Positions 41,189 through 50,138 of a stretch of 64,000 nt of DNA are shown here, one piece after another; position 1 is the first letter of the stretch; each line of letters opens with the position of its first letter. Under the pieces are notes generated by a model, which searched no databases, had not been told where the DNA came from, and saw nothing but the letters and a program-made list of their open reading frames with translations. Both the position numbers and the translations under genes were made by a program. Source of the stretch: Candidatus Aenigmatarchaeota archaeon (GTDB lineage Archaea; Aenigmatarchaeota; Aenigmatarchaeia; QMZP01; JAFGSV01); NCBI GenBank assembly GCA_016931255.1, contig JAFGFG010000005.1, positions 7,053 through 71,052 on the forward strand, in the 5' to 3' direction.

Positions 41189-42763
41189 TCACTTTGACTC
41201 GTCCTCTACCCTGTCGAGCATGGCTTTTGGATCAGCATAATACTCAGAAACAATCCTCCCGACTTCGTTTATGTCATTGACACCCTTGTCAGTCATCCAT
41301 TCGAGAACAGCCTTTTTCTGCTCAAGGTTCTTTCCAAGCTCCTCGTCATCCATGCCTGTGAACAGCTTTATGTCATTCAGGACCCTGTGGGACTTGCCCC
41401 ACTGCATTATCTGGTCCTTGGAAGGTATCCACCTGAACACAGTGTTCAGCTCTATCCTCATCTCATCCATGCCGCCTGACGAAATGAGCTCGCTTATCTC
41501 GAGAAGCCTTCTCACGTTTCTTCTCCTGTCCCTGTGCATTACAGCTATCAGCTGGAGCGATGCAAGCATTGTCTGGGGTATGTTTATCGGCGGGTTGACA
41601 AGACGTCTGAACGTCTCTTCAGCAGTGTTCGCGTGGAGTGTCGAGTAAACAGAGTGACCTGTGTGTATGGCTTCGAAAAGCACCTCAGCCTCCCTGCTTC
41701 GTCTGATTTCACCGACCATTATCCTGTCAGGCCTCATCCTGAGTGAGTTCACCATGAGGTCAAGCATGCTTACTTCACCTTTTCCCTCCGGGTTGGGAGG
41801 CCTTGTCGTAAGAGGCACCCAGTGCATGAACTTCGGCAGCTGTATCTCCCTGGTCTCCTCAATTGACAGCACTCTATGATTGGGCGGTATGAATGACGTT
41901 AGAACATTGAGAAGGCTGGTCTTTCCGCTGGCTGTTCCGCCTGCTACGACTATGTTGAGCTCGTACTGTATGGCAAGCCAGAGGAATGCCGCAACCTCGG
42001 ATGTTATGGTCCCTTCCTTTATGAAGTCTGTTATGGCCCATGGCCTTCTTGCGAATTTCCGGATTGTAAGTGTGTTTCCGTTGGATGATATGGGAAAGAG
42101 CGTGGCATTAGCCCTGTCCCCTGATGTCATGTAAGCATCCATAAGCGGCTCCAGATTGGTTATCTGGGTACCGACCCTTCTTCCTATGAGAGCTGAATAA
42201 TTGTAAGTGGCTGTCTCCGAAGGCAGGTAGACGTTAGTCTTCAGCCATCCTCTCTTGACATGGTAAGCCCACATAGGCTCTTTCGAAGAGTTTATGACAA
42301 GCTCTTCCAGGTTCTCATCCTGAAGGAGCATCTCTATTATGCCGAGACCGAGCGCATTGTGCATCAGTATTCCAGCCAGCGTCCTTTGCTTCTTTATTGA
42401 AAGGTGGGGAAGATCATCCCTTACCATTGAGAAGGCCTTCATGAAGAACCTTTCCTTGAGGTTTTTCATTTCATCAGGATTGAGCACCTCGCCGAACGGT
42501 ATTACAGTCTCCTGTATCATTCTCTCCCTTATGTCTTCGAGAACAGCCTTGGTCGCAGGCTCTGTTTCAGGCACCTCTATCTTGTAGATAGGGACATACT
42601 CATTCGGTTCCCATGATATCGTGACAGCAGCAGGAACCCCGTCAAGCTCGAAGTCGTAGGTGTCGACGACCTTTCTGGCGTCAACTATCTTTATCTCCTT
42701 GCCTCCTGCCGGCTTCTCCGGGATTTTCTCCTCTTTCACTGGCTTTTTACTTTTTTCTGCCAT
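41189..42763 (-). CDS. type II/IV secretion or pilus ATPase (FlaI/CpaF family)
   Basis: GGTASGKT, SIEETRE, LRMRPDRIMVGEIR, TGH..STLHA. Confidence 0.93.
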   Translation of the reverse strand: MAEKSKKPVKEEKIPEKPAGGKEIKIVDARKVVDTYDFELDGVPAAVTISWEPNEYVPIYKIEVPETEPATKAVLEDIRERMIQETVIPFGEVLNPDEMKNLKERFFMKAFSMVRDDLPHLSIKKQRTLAGILMHNALGLGIIEMLLQDENLEELVINSSKEPMWAYHVKRGWLKTNVYLPSETATYNYSALIGRRVGTQITNLEPLMDAYMTSGDRANATLFPISSNGNTLTIRKFARRPWAITDFIKEGTITSEVAAFLWLAIQYELNIVVAGGTASGKTSLLNVLTSFIPPNHRVLSIEETREIQLPKFMHWVPLTTRPPNPEGKGEVSMLDLMVNSLRMRPDRIMVGEIRRSREAEVLFEAIHTGHSVYSTLHANTAEETFRRLVNPPINIPQTMLASLQLIAVMHRDRRRNVRRLLEISELISSGGMDEMRIELNTVFRWIPSKDQIMQWGKSHRVLNDIKLFTGMDDEELGKNLEQKKAVLEWMTDKGVNDINEVGRIVSEYYADPKAMLDRVEDESK

Positions 42764-43427
42764 ATTTCTTCTCCCTGATTATCACAATCTTCGGGTCGCC
42801 GAATGGCGGATATTTGAGCTTGGCCATCTTATAGTCCTCAAGTACGCCTGCCCACTTTTCAATCCTTTCCTTTTCAACATTGAATTCCTTGGCTGCATCC
42901 GAAAGGCTGATTTCCCCTTTCATCTTGACGAGCAACAGGAGCTTGTCTATATTGGTCTCAAGCTTCGTTTCGTCCACGTTCTCAAATGCCATTTTTCTCA
43001 TTGCGGGGTGTTCTGTCAGGTAGTCGGAGACAACGCTGACAACATCCGCCCTTGTTATTATGCCTACAATCCTTTCCTTCTCAACAACAGGCACGCGGTT
43101 TATGTCCTTCTCGTCTATAATCTTTATGACTGCACTCAGGTCGTCGTTGGGCGAGACACATATGATATTCTTTGTCATCAGGTCCTTCGACTTCAGGGAT
43201 GCCTTTTCCTTGAGCATCTTGTCTTCCTTCTCTATCAAGTTCATGATATTCTTCTCATCCACGAATTTGAGTATATCGGATTCGCTTACGAGACCAAGAA
43301 CCTTTCCCTTTTCCACTACAGGGGCGCCACTTATCTTTTTTTCTGCGAACAGGTCAACAATGTCATAGAACGTGTCGTCAGGGCTTAATGTCACTACATC
43401 CTTTATCATGATGTCTTTTACTTTCAT
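42747..43427 (-). CDS. CBS-pair protein with a C-terminal wHTH-like domain
   Basis: ISGAPVV / INRVPVV CBS pair; LETNIDKLL..ISLSDAAKEF..IEKWAGVLE tail. Confidence 0.85.
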   Translation of the reverse strand: MKVKDIMIKDVVTLSPDDTFYDIVDLFAEKKISGAPVVEKGKVLGLVSESDILKFVDEKNIMNLIEKEDKMLKEKASLKSKDLMTKNIICVSPNDDLSAVIKIIDEKDINRVPVVEKERIVGIITRADVVSVVSDYLTEHPAMRKMAFENVDETKLETNIDKLLLLVKMKGEISLSDAAKEFNVEKERIEKWAGVLEDYKMAKLKYPPFGDPKIVIIREKKYGRKK

Positions 43428-43513
43428 GCTTAACAGTTAATAATTGCATAAAGTCCCATATAAATCTCTCATTTGGGTGTCACAAATTTTAATTGAATGC
43501 GGCATTATTAGTT

Positions 43514-44074
43514 ATGATAATCGGACTCACAGGAAAGCGCGGCACAGGAAAGGACACTGTTGCCGACTATCTCGTCGGGAAGCACGGCTTCCAGAACCTG
43601 AGCTTCACGGACGAGCTCCTTACTCCTGAGCTGAAGAGGCAGGAAAAGGAAGTCACGCGCGACAATCTCATAGAGCTTGCGATGGACGAGCGGAAAAAGC
43701 ATCACAATGGAATATGGGCAGAAAGGATATGCGATGTACTGAAAGGCAGGAAAAACATGGATTTCGCCATATCCGGCGTGCGCTTCACAGAGGAGGCGGA
43801 CGCATTCAGGGAGGCGTTCGGAGGAAAGTTCATTCTGGTGGCACTCGTAGCTGATGAGCGTACACGCTATGACCGGTGCAGGCTCAGGGGAACGAAGGGA
43901 GAAGGAGAGATGACATTCGGCGAGTACATGGAAAGGGAGAAGAGGCCGACTGAGGTCGCGATACTGGAGACCGTCAAGAGGGCTGATTACGTGATTGACA
44001 ACAACGGAAGCCAGAAAGAGCTCTTCTCAAAGGTCGACGGGATTGTTAAGCTTTTAAAAGAAAATCACGGATAA
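43514..44074 (+). CDS. P-loop NMP kinase / dephospho-CoA kinase-like protein
   Basis: IIGLTGKRGTGKD, GVRF..E, ADYVIDN. Confidence 0.8.
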   Translation: MIIGLTGKRGTGKDTVADYLVGKHGFQNLSFTDELLTPELKRQEKEVTRDNLIELAMDERKKHHNGIWAERICDVLKGRKNMDFAISGVRFTEEADAFREAFGGKFILVALVADERTRYDRCRLRGTKGEGEMTFGEYMEREKRPTEVAILETVKRADYVIDNNGSQKELFSKVDGIVKLLKENHG

Positions 44075-44152
44075 TATTCTGTAACATGCCAGGTGTTCAT
44101 GCTCTGGAAAAGCCCGAACGCCAAAAACTGAAATCATAAAAACATCAGAAAC

Positions 44153-44224
44153 GCCTCGGTGGCTCAACGGTAGAGCGGCGGTTTTGTAAACCGCAGGTTG
44201 GGGGTTCGATTCCCTCCCGAGGCT
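44153..44224 (+). tRNA. tRNA-Thr(UGU), intronless
   Basis: Complete cloverleaf; anticodon TGT at 44185-44187. Confidence 0.97.
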
Positions 44225-44307
44225 TGACTTCGCCTTTGATACTTTTTTTGATAATGTTTTACGTCCACATGATAATATTTATAAATAATGTGCCCGTATA
44301 ATAAACT

Positions 44308-44766
44308 ATGACATATACAGAAGTAAAGGAGAGGAATGGAAAGAGGTATTACTATAGGGTTAGAAGTATAAGAAACGGCGATAAGTTCCGAAAGGAGCGG
44401 ATATATATGGGAATTGGCCTGTCTGGGAGCGAGTTGTCTGAAAAGGAAGTGCTCGCAGATAAGAAATTGATGAAAGATAAAATAGAGATCGGCCTGAAGT
44501 CGATAAAACCGAAGATAGTCAGTGTACTTAAGAAAAACAACATCAAAAGGGCTGGAATATTCGGAAGCTATGCTCGGGGAGAACAGAAAAAGAACAGTGA
44601 CGTTGACATCTTAATTAGACCCCCAAAGAATACTGGCTTCGGGTTTGCGGGAATTGAGCTTGAACTCGAGAAGAAACTCAAGAAAAATGTAGATTTGGTA
44701 AGCTACAATGGTATAAGTCCTTACACGAAAGATCGGATTTTGCAGGAGGAAGTCAGAATATTATGA
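44308..44766 (+). CDS. MNT antitoxin (minimal nucleotidyltransferase) with an extra N-terminal beta module
   Basis: FGSYARGE..SDVD and VDLV; overlaps the HEPN gene (ATGA). Confidence 0.9.
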   Translation: MTYTEVKERNGKRYYYRVRSIRNGDKFRKERIYMGIGLSGSELSEKEVLADKKLMKDKIEIGLKSIKPKIVSVLKKNNIKRAGIFGSYARGEQKKNSDVDILIRPPKNTGFGFAGIELELEKKLKKNVDLVSYNGISPYTKDRILQEEVRIL

Positions 44767-45113
44767 ATGGAAAAAATGACATTGTTTACATCAAGCACGT
44801 CATGGACAGCATAGGTGCCATAAACGATTTTTCAAGGGGGATTAGCAAGAGGGAACTAAAGACCAACAGAATGAAGCGTAGTGCGATAGTGAGGGAAATA
44901 GAGATAATAGGGGAAGCTGTCAAGAACGTTTCGAGTGCTACTAAGAACAGATACCGCCATATACGATGGAAAGAGATTGCCGGAACCAGAGACAAAATGA
45001 TACATCACTATTTCGGTGTCGATTTGGACATTGTCATGTCAATCGTAACAAATGATATCCCCATTCTGGAAAAGGAAATGCTTAAGATACTGAAAGATAT
45101 GGAAAAGTATTAA
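44763..45113 (+). CDS. HEPN/HepT (DUF86) RNase toxin
   Basis: EIIGEA, W..IAGTRDKMIHHYFGVD (Rx4H). Confidence 0.92.
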   Translation: MNGKNDIVYIKHVMDSIGAINDFSRGISKRELKTNRMKRSAIVREIEIIGEAVKNVSSATKNRYRHIRWKEIAGTRDKMIHHYFGVDLDIVMSIVTNDIPILEKEMLKILKDMEKY

Positions 45114-45173
45114 GGAAATATTTTAAGGACTGCAAGCTAAATACCTACTGTAAGAATTGAGATTATTGTCAAC

Positions 45174-45189
45174 TCCCTCCCGAGGCTTG
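45174..45189 (+). repeat. copy of tRNA-Thr 3' end (att-like) 1
   Basis: TCCCTCCCGAGGCTTG identical to 44211-44226. Confidence 0.9.
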
Positions 45190-45221
45190 TCACTTCTATA
45201 CAATCCCGATTGATATCATTT

Positions 45222-46133
45222 TCAAGCAGACTTTAAATATTTTTTCTTTATGTAATTTATGAAAGGACGTTCTTTTTTCTCTATCTGGTATTTGTCCAGT
45301 ACATCGTAGTATTTTTCAATGTCTTCTATAGGTATATCTATTGGCGGGTATCCCTTCTTCCATAGTATCCAGTTCATGAGCAGTCTTGAAAGTCTTGAGT
45401 TGCCGTCGATAAATGGCTGCATCGATATGATTTTAATGTGGATTAGTGATGCAAGTTCAATTGGATGCAGTTTCCTGTTCTCGGACTTATACCACTTGAA
45501 GAATCTGTCGATTTCCTTTGATAACTCATTCCATTTGGGTGGGACGTAAGATGTTCCTGCTATCTTGACATTCCTTTTCAGTTCAGATCTCAACTTTCCT
45601 GCTATTGAATCGTCAACGCCTGAAAGCAGTAGTTTATGAAGATTTTTGATGAATCTTATGTTGAGAACACCTTTGTATTTGGTTATAGCGATAATTCCTT
45701 TTTCATGATTTTCAAGCTCCCTTGCTGTTTTGAGACTCTTGAAATCTTTAGGAATGAAACCCTCCCTAAGAATCAGCGAAGTTTGCCTCAGCGTTACATC
45801 AACACCCGAAAGCTTGCTACTGTCGTAAGTGAACCTTATTATGAACTCTTGGAACTTGTTATTCTTTTCAGTCGAGCTCATCTTCTTTAGCTCGCTCTCG
45901 TATTGCTCCCTTTTCGCTTCTATCTTCTTGACATCTTCGCCTGAAAGAAAAGCGTGCTTTCTCCCATCCAGATTTGCCAGGAACTCTTTTTTGATATATT
46001 CTAGTCTGTCTTTTGGTGGCAGTGTTTTCCCTATGTATTTCTTCTTCTGTAATACCTTCTTTCCAACTCTTACCGAATGTATCAGTATCCAATAATCATT
46101 CCCGTTGACCTTAATCTTCTTTGCAGTTACCAT
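45222..46133 (-). CDS. Fic-domain protein with a degenerate active site
   Basis: QPFIDGNSRLSR versus the canonical HPFxDGNGRxxR. Confidence 0.88.
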   Translation of the reverse strand: MVTAKKIKVNGNDYWILIHSVRVGKKVLQKKKYIGKTLPPKDRLEYIKKEFLANLDGRKHAFLSGEDVKKIEAKREQYESELKKMSSTEKNNKFQEFIIRFTYDSSKLSGVDVTLRQTSLILREGFIPKDFKSLKTARELENHEKGIIAITKYKGVLNIRFIKNLHKLLLSGVDDSIAGKLRSELKRNVKIAGTSYVPPKWNELSKEIDRFFKWYKSENRKLHPIELASLIHIKIISMQPFIDGNSRLSRLLMNWILWKKGYPPIDIPIEDIEKYYDVLDKYQIEKKERPFINYIKKKYLKSA

Positions 46134-46140
46134 GAATAAT

Positions 46141-46183
46141 TTATGTACTACATATATTTATAAGTTTATCTTATGTACTACAT
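46141..46183. promoter_or_regulatory. paired operators around the TATA box of the fic gene
   Basis: TTATGTACTACAT at 46141 and 46171 (palindromic core ATGTA-C-TACAT) flanks TATTTATAAG. Confidence 0.65.
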
Positions 46184-46240
46184 GATTAAAATAAACCATT
46201 CGCCACTTTTTGTCCCGCTCCCCGGCGATTATCTATCCGG

Positions 46241-46254
46241 CCCTCCCGAGGCTT
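46241..46254 (+). repeat. copy of tRNA-Thr 3' end (att-like) 2
   Basis: CCCTCCCGAGGCTT, 14/14 match to the tRNA end. Confidence 0.88.
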
Positions 46255-46292
46255 CGTAAGTTCTCTTGATACATTTTTTTTTGTTAATTGAA

Positions 46293-46697
46293 TTATTTAT
46301 CTAGTTCCTTTATGATATTCCTGCATTTTTTTATTGCATCCTTTGCTATATCAAAATCCATTCTACTCCCATAATAAGTAAGGGAATTTCTTTTGAATCT
46401 CATGTCGTCAAATATCATATATAGGTCTTTTCTTTTGAGTGCGTCTCTCAAATAAAATCCCAGACATATATGATTCAGTATATTATATCCATCCTTGAAG
46501 GACATTGACTGCAGCAGTTCAATTAAAGACGTGTAATAATCTTCAAAGACGAAGTTGCAGTTCTTTTCATTTACTTCTCTGATCAGGTCTACTCTTTCTT
46601 TTGCTGTTTCTATTAGCGATTCTGCCCTTTTTACATCCGGAGACACACGTCTTGCTGTCATGTCATCCAGGCAGTCGTTCCAGCTTTTTTCCTTCAC
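46293..46697 (-). CDS. HEPN-family protein
   Basis: NH..L and RFKRNSLTYYG (RNxxxY); directly downstream of an MNT gene. Confidence 0.75.
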   Translation of the reverse strand: MKEKSWNDCLDDMTARRVSPDVKRAESLIETAKERVDLIREVNEKNCNFVFEDYYTSLIELLQSMSFKDGYNILNHICLGFYLRDALKRKDLYMIFDDMRFKRNSLTYYGSRMDFDIAKDAIKKCRNIIKELDK

Positions 46698-47225
46698 TTA
46701 GAAGACCTCCATATAATTGTTCATTGTTATGCCGTTTATTATGTTATTTGCCAGATTTGGGTTCGTAATTTCTCTGATGTTCTTATGCTGAAATATCTGA
46801 ATGTCCCGCTTAAGAACATTTTCAAACTTTTCAAGAGTTACACGCTTCTTTGTCGGTGTTTCTATATACAAATCTATATCGCCGCTTTCAATGTCTTCTC
46901 CCTTTGAATATGAACCGAAAACAACTATTGTGGGGTTGCTAAGTTCCCTTTTTAGATACTCTAAAAGTCCTGAGGTATACAATTGCTTTATGTTGTAAAG
47001 CTTCTTTTCCAAAATGAATTTTTCGCTTCTGCTTGCAGTGTAGAAAACAACACTTCCTGTTTTGACAGATGTCAGGACATCTTCCCTTTCAAGATCCCTG
47101 CAATACCTTATAACCGACGGCAGTGGAAGCTTTAGCGTTCTCTCAATCTCTCTCACTCTAAGCTTGGCAGTCGTGTTAACAAAGAAGTATTCGGTAATTA
47201 CTTGTTTGATATTTTTCTGTATCAT
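46698..47225 (-). CDS. wHTH-MNT antitoxin
   Basis: N-terminal HTH (VREIERTL..PSV); FGSYSKGED..GDIDL. Confidence 0.88.
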   Translation of the reverse strand: MIQKNIKQVITEYFFVNTTAKLRVREIERTLKLPLPSVIRYCRDLEREDVLTSVKTGSVVFYTASRSEKFILEKKLYNIKQLYTSGLLEYLKRELSNPTIVVFGSYSKGEDIESGDIDLYIETPTKKRVTLEKFENVLKRDIQIFQHKNIREITNPNLANNIINGITMNNYMEVF

Positions 47226-47278
47226 GTGATAATATATTATATCAACTGATATTTAAAGATATCGATACTTTTTATCGG

Positions 47279-47731
47279 TTACGAATCATGGCTTTTGATG
47301 TATTTTGCGTATTCCTGGTCTATACCTTTTATGTGCTGAACAAGCCAGTCTAACAGGTATTTCTTGATTTTTTCCATTAGTTTTTCAATTTCAAGTGAAG
47401 AGAAATTGCCTGAAGTCATATCTTCTTTAAGTTCCGTCTGGAAGTCCTTGTAGAACTGGATGAAATTTGCGTGTATTTTTTTATGGCCTTCGAGACCTGG
47501 AAAATCATTCTTCTCCATGTATTCCTCTTCGTAAGCAAAATGTTCTTTGATATATGTGTACAGGAAATGGCCGGTTTCTCTTAGAGACCCCATATCAACA
47601 TTTAATGATGACAGGATGTCAATCAGCTTGTTTATCTGGCCAATCAGTTTCTTGTGCTGCGTGTCAATCGTTTCCTCACCAACCGACATGGAAGAATTCC
47701 ATGCAACCTTTTTTTCGTATCCCATAATCAT
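47279..47731 (-). CDS. bacteriohemerythrin
   Basis: W..SMSVG..IDTQHK, HFAYEE, HKKIH, WLVQHI..D. Confidence 0.93.
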   Translation of the reverse strand: MIMGYEKKVAWNSSMSVGEETIDTQHKKLIGQINKLIDILSSLNVDMGSLRETGHFLYTYIKEHFAYEEEYMEKNDFPGLEGHKKIHANFIQFYKDFQTELKEDMTSGNFSSLEIEKLMEKIKKYLLDWLVQHIKGIDQEYAKYIKSHDS

Positions 47732-47796
47732 TATTTGTCCATTGTTTCTTAAACAATCGCTGCCTTTTACTCTTTCCCCATGATACCATGCCCGGG

Positions 47797-47809
47797 CCTC
47801 CCGAGGCTT
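47797..47809 (+). repeat. copy of tRNA-Thr 3' end (att-like) 3
   Basis: CCTCCCGAGGCTT, 13/13 match. Confidence 0.82.
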
Positions 47810-47879
47810 TTGTGACTTATTCTCATCAATGAGTAAAATGGAAAAAACTTTTTAATCAAAAAAATAAAAATATATTAAT

Positions 47880-48425
47880 ATGAAACCTCTTAGGAAAGAT
47901 TCAGGTTCAGCTATAGAACGCAGGAAGGCGGGGAATACGCTTAAATCATCCGAAGTGCGGTACCGCAGGCTGTTCGAGGCAGCGCAGGACGGGATTATCC
48001 TCCTGGATTTTGATACAGGAATTATTCTCGATGTCAATAAGTTTCTGATTGACATGCTTGGCTATTCCAAAGAGGAATTCCTGAATAAGCACATCTGGGA
48101 AATCGGTGTTTTCGAGAATGTCAACACATCAAAGAAATACTTCCGGGAGCTGCAGAAGAAGGATTATATCCGTTACGAAGACATGCCGCTTGAGACCAAG
48201 GAAGGAAAAAAGATTTTTGTTGAGTTCATCAGCAATTCCTACTTCGAAAACGGCAAGAAGACAATCCAGTGCAACATACGCGACATAACAGACCGCAAGC
48301 GTGAAGAAATGGAGTCGCTGAAAGATAGAAATGAAGAGCTTGAAAAATTCACCAACTTTTCCGTTGGCAGGGAACTGAAGATGACTGAACTGAAAAAGAA
48401 GATAGCAGAACTGGAAAAGAAGTAA
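47880..48425 (+). CDS. stand-alone PAS-domain protein
   Basis: SEVRYRRLFEAAQDG...IQCNIRDITDRK; C-terminal GRELKM.ELK coiled coil. Confidence 0.88.
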   Translation: MKPLRKDSGSAIERRKAGNTLKSSEVRYRRLFEAAQDGIILLDFDTGIILDVNKFLIDMLGYSKEEFLNKHIWEIGVFENVNTSKKYFRELQKKDYIRYEDMPLETKEGKKIFVEFISNSYFENGKKTIQCNIRDITDRKREEMESLKDRNEELEKFTNFSVGRELKMTELKKKIAELEKK

Positions 48426-48532
48426 TGCATTTACCGCCGAACGTAAACCGGCGTTACCGGTTCTCCCCCTGCTTTCAAATTCTTAAGTGAAATCGTGCAA
48501 ATATGTTATTAGTAAAAACGTGGAGGAAATTT

Positions 48533-48748
48533 ATGGGAATTGAAGATTTTTTCAAGGGATGTGCAAAGAAACAGACATCAAGTGGCGGTGGATGCGGAGT
48601 AGGAATTTACATGCTTGGCTTCTTGGGAGCTCTGTTTTACTACCTTAATACTGCACCAAGCTTCTGGGTAGGTCTTGTTGGCATCCTAAAGGCACTGGTA
48701 TGGCCGGCCTTCCTTGTGTATGAAATATTTATGTTCTTTGGGGCATAG
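48533..48748 (+). CDS. small two-TM membrane protein
   Basis: GGAGG RBS; YMLGFLGAL..GILKALVWPAFLVY. Confidence 0.7.
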   Translation: MGIEDFFKGCAKKQTSSGGGCGVGIYMLGFLGALFYYLNTAPSFWVGLVGILKALVWPAFLVYEIFMFFGA

Positions 48749-48769
48749 AACATTTCGTCGGGTTTTTGT

Positions 48770-48979
48770 ATGTTCGGACGAAAGAAGCGGTGCGAGTATT
48801 GCAAGATTGAGATAGCCAAAGGAAAGGAGATTTCCGAGAATGTTCGTGTTTACGGACGGAGCGACACACCTAAAAAGCACTTCTGCTCGGAAGATCATCT
48901 CGAAAAGTACGAAGAAAAGATAGACGCATTACTCGGAGACAGAAAACCCGGCGTGCGCTGCGGCATGTGCTTGAGATGA
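48770..48979 (+). CDS. TRASH/YHS-like metal-binding protein
   Basis: CEYC...HFCSEDH. Confidence 0.6.
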   Translation: MFGRKKRCEYCKIEIAKGKEISENVRVYGRSDTPKKHFCSEDHLEKYEEKIDALLGDRKPGVRCGMCLR

Positions 48980-49188
48980 AATCTGGATTCATCATGCGTT
49001 TCCTGCGTATTCACGCAGATTTCGTCGAAATATGATGGATTGAAGTTAGGATTACTGTAGAATTTTCCGGTGTTTCTGTCCACATATCCCTTCACGAACT
49101 TCTCATTGAGAGTATAAACATAATCGTTATATTCGTCTTCATCGTAATACCTGTCCTTTGCATCAGACCTGAAAAATAGATAATACAT
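48895..49188 (-). CDS. hypothetical protein
   Basis: Tyr/Asp-rich ORF; its 3' end overlaps the opposite-strand gene. Confidence 0.35.
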   Translation of the reverse strand: MYYLFFRSDAKDRYYDEDEYNDYVYTLNEKFVKGYVDRNTGKFYSNPNFNPSYFDEICVNTQETHDESRFHLKHMPQRTPGFLSPSNASIFSSYFSR

Positions 49189-49391
49189 TCATAATTATCA
49201 CTAATAAGTAGTTAATATTAAGATTTAAGGTTCCTGATGCACGAATGATACCGTTTTTGACTGAAAAACTTCATTAAATGGTAGATTCTGTTGTTCCGCG
49301 TCACGCAGAAATATATTTCACTGCAGATAAAGAAGATGGAAATTCTTGAAAGTGTCGAATGGGCTCTAAGAAAAGCGGGATACTGGAATGA

Positions 49392-49601
49392 TTACTTAGA
49401 AAAGTAATCCCAGCTGTAAAAGTTGCCTCTTGCTGAGTGCTGGACAAATATGCCGTCAGGGAATTCAAAATTCCTTCTGATGTCATCATTCTCAACATCG
49501 CTGTAAAATCCGATTCTGTATCCCTTGCTCCCGACACCGAGTGTTATTTTCATGTATGCATCCGCGAGTTTTTCATGCATGGTCATCTTCGGTTCTTCCA
49601 T
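49392..49601 (-). CDS. hypothetical protein
   Basis: 69-aa ORF with TTTAAA upstream. Confidence 0.35.
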   Translation of the reverse strand: MEEPKMTMHEKLADAYMKITLGVGSKGYRIGFYSDVENDDIRRNFEFPDGIFVQHSARGNFYSWDYFSK

Positions 49602-49702
49602 GACTTAGAAAGCAGAACAAGATTTAAAAGCAGGCAATGTACTAATACATCAATACTGCCAGTGCATGTTAACGGTTATGGGAATTTAAGGATTTGTCTG
49701 GA

Positions 49703-50137
49703 ATGGATACAACAAAAATGAGCGTCATGGATTTCATGAAGCCTGCAAAGACCATAACCAGGGATACCGAGATATCAGCCGCGCTCCGCATGCTGAGTGA
49801 ATCCGGAGCAGGCGTGCTCTCAGTGGTCGATGACGAGCACTTCCTGATAGGCGCAATAACCGAGAACAACTTCATACGCCTTGTCAGGCATACGCCTTCC
49901 TCCCCTCTCGAAGAACCCACATGGTACGACAGTATCGAATCCGAGGATGGAAAGAAGCCTGTTGAAAAGATAATGACGACCAACATAACGACTCTCAGTC
50001 CGAATGATGACATAAAGACAGCGCTGAAAATCATGAACTCCGTCGGATACAGGTTTGCACATGTTGTCAGCGATGAAAGAAAGCTGCTCGGCATGATATG
50101 GCTGAAGGACATTTTTATCAAGGTTTTCGGGGAGTGA
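49703..50137 (+). CDS. CBS-domain protein
   Basis: CBS pair; 1 nt from the antiporter gene. Confidence 0.85.
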   Translation: MDTTKMSVMDFMKPAKTITRDTEISAALRMLSESGAGVLSVVDDEHFLIGAITENNFIRLVRHTPSSPLEEPTWYDSIESEDGKKPVEKIMTTNITTLSPNDDIKTALKIMNSVGYRFAHVVSDERKLLGMIWLKDIFIKVFGE

Positions 50138-50138
50138 C

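Noticed and set aside
44211-47809. tRNA-end repeats read as a CRISPR array
   Set aside because: The intervals are 1-1.5 kb of whole genes and the repeat is tRNA sequence.
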